Assembly: GCA_034439575.1 (NCBI GenBank)
Contig: JAWXAQ010000033.1
Span: 128,001 to 192,000 of the forward strand
Length of the DNA: 64,000 bases
Direction: 5' to 3'
Source of the DNA: Leptospira sp.
Lineage (GTDB): Bacteria; Spirochaetota; Leptospiria; Leptospirales; Leptospiraceae
Shown: piece after piece, positions 58,175 to 64,000 of the stretch
How the letters are laid out: the number at the start of each line of letters is the position of its first letter
Numbering within the stretch: position 1 is the stretch's first letter
Notes under the pieces: model-generated
The model's database searches: none
What the model was told of the DNA's origin: nothing
The model's input: only the letters and a program-made list of their open reading frames with translations
Program-made: the position numbers and the translations under genes

Positions 58175-60595
58175 ATGGACAAAGAAAAAACTTTAAGATA
58201 TACTCTCTCTTCCTTCTTCTTTATCGCTCTTTTTGGTGGATTGTTTTTTGGTTACATCCTTTCAGAAGTAAACCAGGGTAAGGAATTACAAAAACTTGCA
58301 TCCTACCAACCAACGACACCTACGAAGTTATATGATTCCAATGGTGTTTTGTTTGCTGAGCTATATCGCCACAAACAAGAACTTTTAAAATACCAAGACA
58401 TTCCTCCGCATGTGATTCAAGCTTTCCTAAGTGTGGAAGATGATAATTTTTTCAATCACTTCGGTATTGATTTTATGGCCATCGCGAGAGCCGCCATAAA
58501 AAACGTGTTAGCTGGTAGAATCGTGCAAGGTGGATCCACATTAACGCAACAATTAGCAAAAACGATATTGCAAGAACGTAAAAAAACATTTGCACGTAAA
58601 TTTTTAGAAGCCTTACTCACTTTACAAATTGAGCAAGAATACACCAAAGAAGAAATATTAGAAATTTATTTCAATTTAATCTATTTGGGTCATGGAACGA
58701 CAGGCCTTTCCTCAGCGGCAAATGTATATTTCCAAAAAGATGTGAGAGATTTGGACATTGCAGAGGCGGCAGTACTAGCGAGGCTTCCGAAAGCACCTGT
58801 TACTTATTCTCCATTCAAAAATCCCATGGAAGCCAAAAATGCTCATTTGGTAGTATTGGGACTTATGGCAAAAAATGATTTCATACCAAAAGAAAATGTA
58901 AAACGTATCCATGAAGAATTTTGGGATAAATATTGGCCAATTGTCATCACGCAATCTCCCTCCCGTTCTACCTGGGGTGCGAAGCTAAACCGAGCACCGC
59001 ACTTTACGGAATATGTACGCCAAATTTTAGAAAAAGAAATTGGGGAAGAAGCGGTATATACTGGTGGTCTTCGCGTTTATACCACTTTGGATGTGCGAAA
59101 ACAAGAGATTGCCGAAGAAGAACTTAGAAAATCTTTAATTGAACAAGACCGCATTGCTTTTGGAGCAAACTTTCGTTATGCGGGAAGGGCTGATCGATCT
59201 CTTGTATCTTTGTATAATCTGCTCGGTTCTGTATTTCCTGTGGGAGTGCCCTTTATCACAAATTTGGATGATCGCCAATCTTTCCGATTACAATTAGAAA
59301 AAGATATGGCACCGGCTCTGGAATTGTTAACGGACTTTGTTCCTTCCGAAAATGAAAGTGCCGCAGTCAAAGAATTCCGCAGGTCATCGTTGGTTTTTTC
59401 TTCCAACTTACACGTTGAAGGTGCCATTATAACGATTGACCACCAAACGGGCTATATCCAAACCATGATTGGTGGATCCAGATTTACACCAAAAAATCAG
59501 TTCAACCGAGCCATGTCAGCAAGACGCCAAACTGGCTCCGCATTTAAACCCTTAGTTTATGGTGCAGCGATTCAAAATCGATCGGTTGGATCGGGGACTG
59601 GCATTATGGATGCTCCCCTAACAACTCTCACCGAAGAAGGCGAAGGTTATTCCCCTCAAGATATTTCTGGTGACTTTCGGGGGATGGTGCCTTTATCTAG
59701 AGCACTTTCTCTTTCATTAAATATCGTTTCTGTACAAGTATTAATGCGCACAGGAACCGATGCTGTAATCGATTTTTCTTCACGATTAACAAAAGCAAAT
59801 AAAGCAAGATTTCCAACTGGACCGGCACTCGCATTAGGAGTCGCAGAACTCACACCTTATGAAATGGCTGTGGCCTATTCTATTATGGCAAATAAGGGAA
59901 AAGATGTGGTTCCGTTTAGCGTTCGTTATGTTTTGAATCAAAGTGGATCAGTTATCTACAATCGTGAAAAACAAGTGCAAGAAGAACTTGCTGAAAAAGC
60001 AAAAAATGGAACGATTCAAATTATTCCTGAAGCGACTGCCTATATCATCAGACAAATGTTAATTGGTGTTGCAACTGGTGGTACTCCCACAGCAGCTTTA
60101 CGTGATGCTGATAAAGGAAATTACAAAGGTATTTCTGGTGGTAAAACAGGATCGACATCATCTTATACAAACGTCTGGTATTGCGGTTTTGATCCAAAAT
60201 TTACAACAGTAGTTTGGATGGGGTTTGATAAATCATCCCTTTCTCTCGGCCAAGGAACTACTGCCGCAGGGGTTGCAGCACCTATTTTTGGAAAACTTTA
60301 TTCTAGATGGTACAATGGAGGACCGTATCCTTCTTTTAACCCAGAAGGTAAGCCAGAGGAAATACCACAAGATGTGGTTAAGGGTGCGACTTGCTCATTT
60401 AATGGTCTAACCCCTGGACCCAATTGCCCGCTTGTGGGGAATCTATTTTTAAAACCAATTACAATTGCGGGGCGAACCCTTTCTGTACCAGGCTCGAGGC
60501 AATGTGATGGAGACAGAGACCATTTTCGTTCCCTTGATTTGAAAGACTTTCTGCAAAGAGAACTAGAAATCACGGATGATGAATTAAAACATTAG
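58175..60595 (+). CDS. Class A penicillin-binding protein (PBP1A)
   Basis: Transglycosylase [10 protein letters not shown] and [11 protein letters not shown]; transpeptidase SAFK, SLN and KTG. Confidence 0.95.
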   Translation: MDKEKTLRYTLSSFFFIALFGGLFFGYILSEVNQGKELQKLASYQPTTPTKLYDSNGVLFAELYRHKQELLKYQDIPPHVIQAFLSVEDDNFFNHFGIDFMAIARAAIKNVLAGRIVQGGSTLTQQLAKTILQERKKTFARKFLEALLTLQIEQEYTKEEILEIYFNLIYLGHGTTGLSSAANVYFQKDVRDLDIAEAAVLARLPKAPVTYSPFKNPMEAKNAHLVVLGLMAKNDFIPKENVKRIHEEFWDKYWPIVITQSPSRSTWGAKLNRAPHFTEYVRQILEKEIGEEAVYTGGLRVYTTLDVRKQEIAEEELRKSLIEQDRIAFGANFRYAGRADRSLVSLYNLLGSVFPVGVPFITNLDDRQSFRLQLEKDMAPALELLTDFVPSENESAAVKEFRRSSLVFSSNLHVEGAIITIDHQTGYIQTMIGGSRFTPKNQFNRAMSARRQTGSAFKPLVYGAAIQNRSVGSGTGIMDAPLTTLTEEGEGYSPQDISGDFRGMVPLSRALSLSLNIVSVQVLMRTGTDAVIDFSSRLTKANKARFPTGPALALGVAELTPYEMAVAYSIMANKGKDVVPFSVRYVLNQSGSVIYNREKQVQEELAEKAKNGTIQIIPEATAYIIRQMLIGVATGGTPTAALRDADKGNYKGISGGKTGSTSSYTNVWYCGFDPKFTTVVWMGFDKSSLSLGQGTTAAGVAAPIFGKLYSRWYNGGPYPSFNPEGKPEEIPQDVVKGATCSFNGLTPGPNCPLVGNLFLKPITIAGRTLSVPGSRQCDGDRDHFRSLDLKDFLQRELEITDDELKH

Positions 60596-60615
60596 ATTCT
60601 ATATACATTTTGTAT

Positions 60616-60652
60616 AAATTATGTACAAATGTGTAAATTTTGTACATAATTT
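60616..60652. promoter_or_regulatory. 14-bp perfect inverted repeat (terminator or upstream activator site)
   Basis: AAATTATGTACAAA-N9-TTTGTACATAATTT, 20 bp after the PBP1A stop. Confidence 0.5.
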
Positions 60653-60856
60653 TCATCTGTTTCCTATTATTTTTCTAACATAATCGCTATCAATTTTCCA
60701 AAGTTAATTTGACTTAGTAATTTTTTTTTACCATTCACTGCCGATTTTTTCATCGAATGAGCAATATAAGTTGGTATAACTAAGCCAATGGGTCTTAAAT
60801 AGAACTAATTCTTAATTTCCGCATTACCTAAAATGTTTTTAGTAAAAAATCATTAT

Positions 60857-60873
60857 TTGGTACACTTATTGCA
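60857..60873 (+). promoter_or_regulatory. Sigma54 (-24/-12) promoter
   Basis: TTGGTACACTTATTGCA with GG at 60859-60 and GC at 60871-72, 10-nt spacer, ~55 bp before the ATG at 60928. Confidence 0.75.
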
Positions 60874-60927
60874 AATATTCTCTTAAGTGATCAGTTCCCA
60901 TTCAGGGAGTGATTCTTGGGGGAAAAA

Positions 60928-61365
60928 ATGAAACTCAAACTAAGCTTAACACTTTTAACATTTTCTTTTTCTTTGTCTGCATACGATCTTAAAGAAACTG
61001 GTGAAGACATTTCTTCTCTCCTTGAATCTTACGATAAATCTACTTTAACAGAAATTTCCAATGAATTGATCAAAATGGCTTCGAAAGAAGAAAACATTGG
61101 AGAGTTTGATTTAGCAAGCGTTCACTATAAACGCGCGTTGAAGATTCGTGAGTCTATCGGATTACGTTCCCACAAAAGTTATGCGTCCATTTTATACCTT
61201 TCGTCTGGAGCACAGTTCCAGGCAGGCCAAAGTTGTGAAGCTTCAATTTCAGCAAGAGAAGCGAGTATCGAATTTGCAAAACATGGTTTAGTAAAATACC
61301 AAGAAAAAGCTCTTATCGATCACGAAGCTTATGGCAAAGTTTGTTCCCTAGTTGCTCTAAATTGA
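60928..61365 (+). CDS. Small exported TPR-like helical protein
   Basis: Signal peptide MKLKLSLTLLTFSFSLSA, TPR-like GEFDLASVHYKRALKIRE, two cysteines. GGGGG precedes the ATG. Confidence 0.75.
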   Translation: MKLKLSLTLLTFSFSLSAYDLKETGEDISSLLESYDKSTLTEISNELIKMASKEENIGEFDLASVHYKRALKIRESIGLRSHKSYASILYLSSGAQFQAGQSCEASISAREASIEFAKHGLVKYQEKALIDHEAYGKVCSLVALN

Positions 61366-61416
61366 GTTTTGATTCTTTTCTAGAGATGGTTACCCTCTTT
61401 TGATTCTGCCTTTGAG

Positions 61417-62064
61417 TCAATCCAATCTCCCGTAATTGTATACGTGAGGTTGGAATTCTTTTTTTGTATACTTCGCTTTAATTAATTTAAATCTTTCATC
61501 TTCTAAATAAGGTTCTATCAATTCCCAAGCGATTCCAAAATTTGCTTCTTTATATCCTGATTCATATAACATATGTGCTATTGATTTTTGTTTGGGATCA
61601 AAGTAGTATAAAAGTGCGTGAGAAAATTCTTTGAAATTATCTTCAACCATCGAACATGGATTTATTATATCAAATTTAATTTCTGAAAGATTTGCAATCG
61701 GCATAGAACATTCTTTTTCACTTAATTTCAATGTTTCGAGTAATACCCAAGGTCCTTCTTGGCTATAAACACCGATTCCTTTTAGCACCTTAATTTTTTT
61801 AACAAGTGTTAAAGTTTCAATGATAACCAAGTTTTTTGCAAAGGTCTTATCTTTTTTGAACTCTATCCATTCTTTATAAGAATAATGATAATCTTTTGAT
61901 CCCATTGGTGACTTATCTTTGGAAGGACGAATATAAATTCCTTCCAAGAGGGTATCCGAATTTTTTATAGTATCAATTGGTTTAACTGGAAGCGAACGAA
62001 TCCATTTTGGTTCTGGATTGCATTTTAAAGATAAGCCACCAATCAAAAGAAAGGTGGCAATCAT
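61417..62064 (-). CDS. Hypothetical probable lipoprotein
   Basis: MIATFLLIGGLSLKC lipobox-like start at 62064, 8 bp after the MBOAT stop. Confidence 0.65.
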   Translation of the reverse strand: MIATFLLIGGLSLKCNPEPKWIRSLPVKPIDTIKNSDTLLEGIYIRPSKDKSPMGSKDYHYSYKEWIEFKKDKTFAKNLVIIETLTLVKKIKVLKGIGVYSQEGPWVLLETLKLSEKECSMPIANLSEIKFDIINPCSMVEDNFKEFSHALLYYFDPKQKSIAHMLYESGYKEANFGIAWELIEPYLEDERFKLIKAKYTKKEFQPHVYNYGRLD

Positions 62065-62071
62065 TCGAAAA

Positions 62072-63499
62072 TTAAAACTGAAAGTAGATAAAATCTTGTC
62101 CACCGTCGCCAAAAATTCCCATAAGTAGGAATATAACCACTGCCATGACTGGCAATAAATAGTTTTGGTAAGGCTTTAACTTTGTATAGGCGTAATCAGA
62201 GTATTGTAACCAGTTAAATACAAGTCCAAGTAACACGAGTAGAGGCAATTCATCGGCACGGTCAAGAGTATCACCCATATCTTTAAATGTGAGTATTCCT
62301 TTAAAGACATCCCATACAGTAGCCATGGCTTCGTCACCACGTGCCGCTGAACGAAAGAAAATGCCTGAAAATGAAAAGGTGATATAAACAAATAGAAAGC
62401 GAATCAAAGCTACACCAGGCAAAGTATCAGGTAGGATTTTCTTTTTGCCTCGAAATAGATAGAGCGAACGTTCTATCCATAAAAATGCACCTAGGTAGGC
62501 TCCCCAACAAACGAAAGCCCAATTGGCACCATGCCAAAGCCCACCAAGACACATGGTGATGAACATATTAATATTTGATCGAAACACAGTTCCTTGGCTT
62601 CCACCAAGTGGAATGTATAAATAATCCCTTAACCATGAAGAAAGTGTAATGTGCCAACGACTCCAAAGATCTCTATAACTTTGGGCAAGAAATGGTCCTT
62701 TGAAGTTTTCTGGTATTTCATAGCCGAGTAGATTTGCGGATCCTCGAGCAAGGTCAGTGTATCCAGAAAAATCACAATAGATTTGAGTACCAAATGCCAT
62801 GGTAGCAAAGAAGAGCGAAAAACTATCGTACTTTCCTGGATCCAAATAGATCGGAGAAATGATGGGCGCTATGTTTTCTGCAATTACAACCTTTTTGAAA
62901 AGCCCACCAATGATTAGAAATAAACCTTTTTTCATTCGGTCCGCATCAATTTCTGGATGGTCAATTTGCGGAATGAAATTATCAGATCGCATGATGGGTC
63001 CTGCAATCAATTGCGGAAAAAACAAAATGAAGAGAAAGTAGTCAGCGAAAGAAACTTTTTCTTTGAGTATTCCGCGATCAATATCCACTTGCAGGGCGAT
63101 GATTTGAAACGTATAAAAGCTAATCGCAAGAGGAAGAAAGATATTCAAGGATGAAGCAAATGACTTAACTTCCTGCCAACCAAACAATGAATAGAGTGTG
63201 CCAGTCACAAAATAAAAATATTTAAAGAAAGCCAGGTTGATGAGGTTTAAGACTACAACGAAGACAACCAATGACTTGTTTGATTTTCCTTCCGCCTTTC
63301 TTTTGAATATTAGATTACTGAATAAATAGTTAATTAATATAACAGCAAGAAAGTGAAATAGAAATGGAAAACTAAAATAGGCATAAAATATTAAAGAGGA
63401 AAGTATCAAAAGGGGCTTTCGTCCCTTTTGTGAAATATTCCAATAGATAATATATGTAAAAAAGAATAATATTAAATAGGGGATTGAGTTAAATAACAT
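62072..63499 (-). CDS. MBOAT family O-acyltransferase, second paralogue
   Basis: MLFNS, LPLAISFYTFQ, FFPQLIAGPI, YCDFSGYTD, WSRWHITLSSW, GLWHGA and FIYFQF. Confidence 0.93.
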   Translation of the reverse strand: MLFNSIPYLILFFFTYIIYWNISQKGRKPLLILSSLIFYAYFSFPFLFHFLAVILINYLFSNLIFKRKAEGKSNKSLVVFVVVLNLINLAFFKYFYFVTGTLYSLFGWQEVKSFASSLNIFLPLAISFYTFQIIALQVDIDRGILKEKVSFADYFLFILFFPQLIAGPIMRSDNFIPQIDHPEIDADRMKKGLFLIIGGLFKKVVIAENIAPIISPIYLDPGKYDSFSLFFATMAFGTQIYCDFSGYTDLARGSANLLGYEIPENFKGPFLAQSYRDLWSRWHITLSSWLRDYLYIPLGGSQGTVFRSNINMFITMCLGGLWHGANWAFVCWGAYLGAFLWIERSLYLFRGKKKILPDTLPGVALIRFLFVYITFSFSGIFFRSAARGDEAMATVWDVFKGILTFKDMGDTLDRADELPLLVLLGLVFNWLQYSDYAYTKLKPYQNYLLPVMAVVIFLLMGIFGDGGQDFIYFQF

Positions 63500-63505
63500 G
63501 AATAC

Positions 63506-64000
63506 CTACAGATCCCAAAGATAATAAAACCGTGCATTTGATTTTGAATTAAAAAACTTTTCGAAGTTTCCAAGTAGGGTAGGTGAATCAGTACCTTTGT
63601 TCGCTAAGTAAATATTTTCAACTCGGGCACTTCCTCTTTCAAAAATCACAAGGCGAGGATTTCCATTACGATTTCCTAAATATTTTGGATGAGCCATAAG
63701 TAACATTTGAATGTCATCAAAATATCCAATAAAGTCTACGAGACCTTCTTTTTTTGCTTGATCTGCTGTGAAAATTCTTCCGTCACATAACTCACGTAAT
63801 TTGCTTTCTGTTACGTTGGGTCTGCCACGTTTTACTACTTGAAAAAATCTTTCAAAAAGATTATCAACAATGGATTGGAGGATTTTTTTCTGTTCCATTG
63901 ATTGTTCAGAAAAAGGAGATCCGATGGCTTTATTGGTACCTGAAGTGACTGATTGGTCTTTGACACCAAGTTTATCCATACCTTCTTTAAAATTAAATCC
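63506..64000 (-). CDS. sppA: Signal peptide peptidase SppA (S49) family, 5'-truncated by the window edge
   Basis: DKLGVK...TSGTNKAIGSPF, F..VVKRGR and DGRIFTADQAKKEGLVDFIG; the frame stays open to the window end. Confidence 0.85.
   Translation of the reverse strand, partial: GFNFKEGMDKLGVKDQSVTSGTNKAIGSPFSEQSMEQKKILQSIVDNLFERFFQVVKRGRPNVTESKLRELCDGRIFTADQAKKEGLVDFIGYFDDIQMLLMAHPKYLGNRNGNPRLVIFERGSARVENIYLANKGTDSPTLLGNFEKFFNSKSNARFYYLWDL

Noticed and set aside
60739-60750. TGCCNATTTTTT motif shared with the amtB upstream region (15737-15748)
   Set aside because: Distances to the -24 element differ (about 120 vs 20 bp) and the motif is mostly a T-run in an AT-rich genome; too weak.

Overview
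AT-rich bacterial chromosomal segment. Gene content and order (Ehr/hyf-like operon, thrS-hypothetical-infC-rpmI-rplT-zapB-zapA-cheWABY-scpAB-pheA-tyrA, two adenylate cyclases, SpoIIE phosphatase, MBOAT/SGNH pair) point to a Leptospira, probably a free-living lineage given the class II photolyase; this is inference, not a database result. It is mostly core genome: about 50 CDS and one tRNA-Val(GAC), with no transposase, integrase, prophage, rRNA or CRISPR array seen. Best leads: (1) an energy-converting hydrogenase-related (Ehr) membrane complex whose large subunit lacks the NiFe cysteines and whose NuoB-like domain has all four [4Fe-4S] ligands replaced (N/A/E/D), followed 5 bp later by a pseudo-receiver adenylate cyclase; (2) a three-gene TonB-receptor / HAMP-PP2C-TPR phosphatase / orphan substrate-binding-TPR module that looks like a trans-envelope signalling system; (3) a dispersed ~70-bp GC-rich hairpin element present twice in 3' UTR orientation; (4) a compact UvrD-family helicase apparently lacking its 2B subdomain; (5) a CheA with a C-terminal CheC-like phosphatase domain; (6) several readable regulatory sites (two sigma54 promoters, tandem TetR-type operators, Fur-like boxes). 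All calls come from motif recognition by eye.
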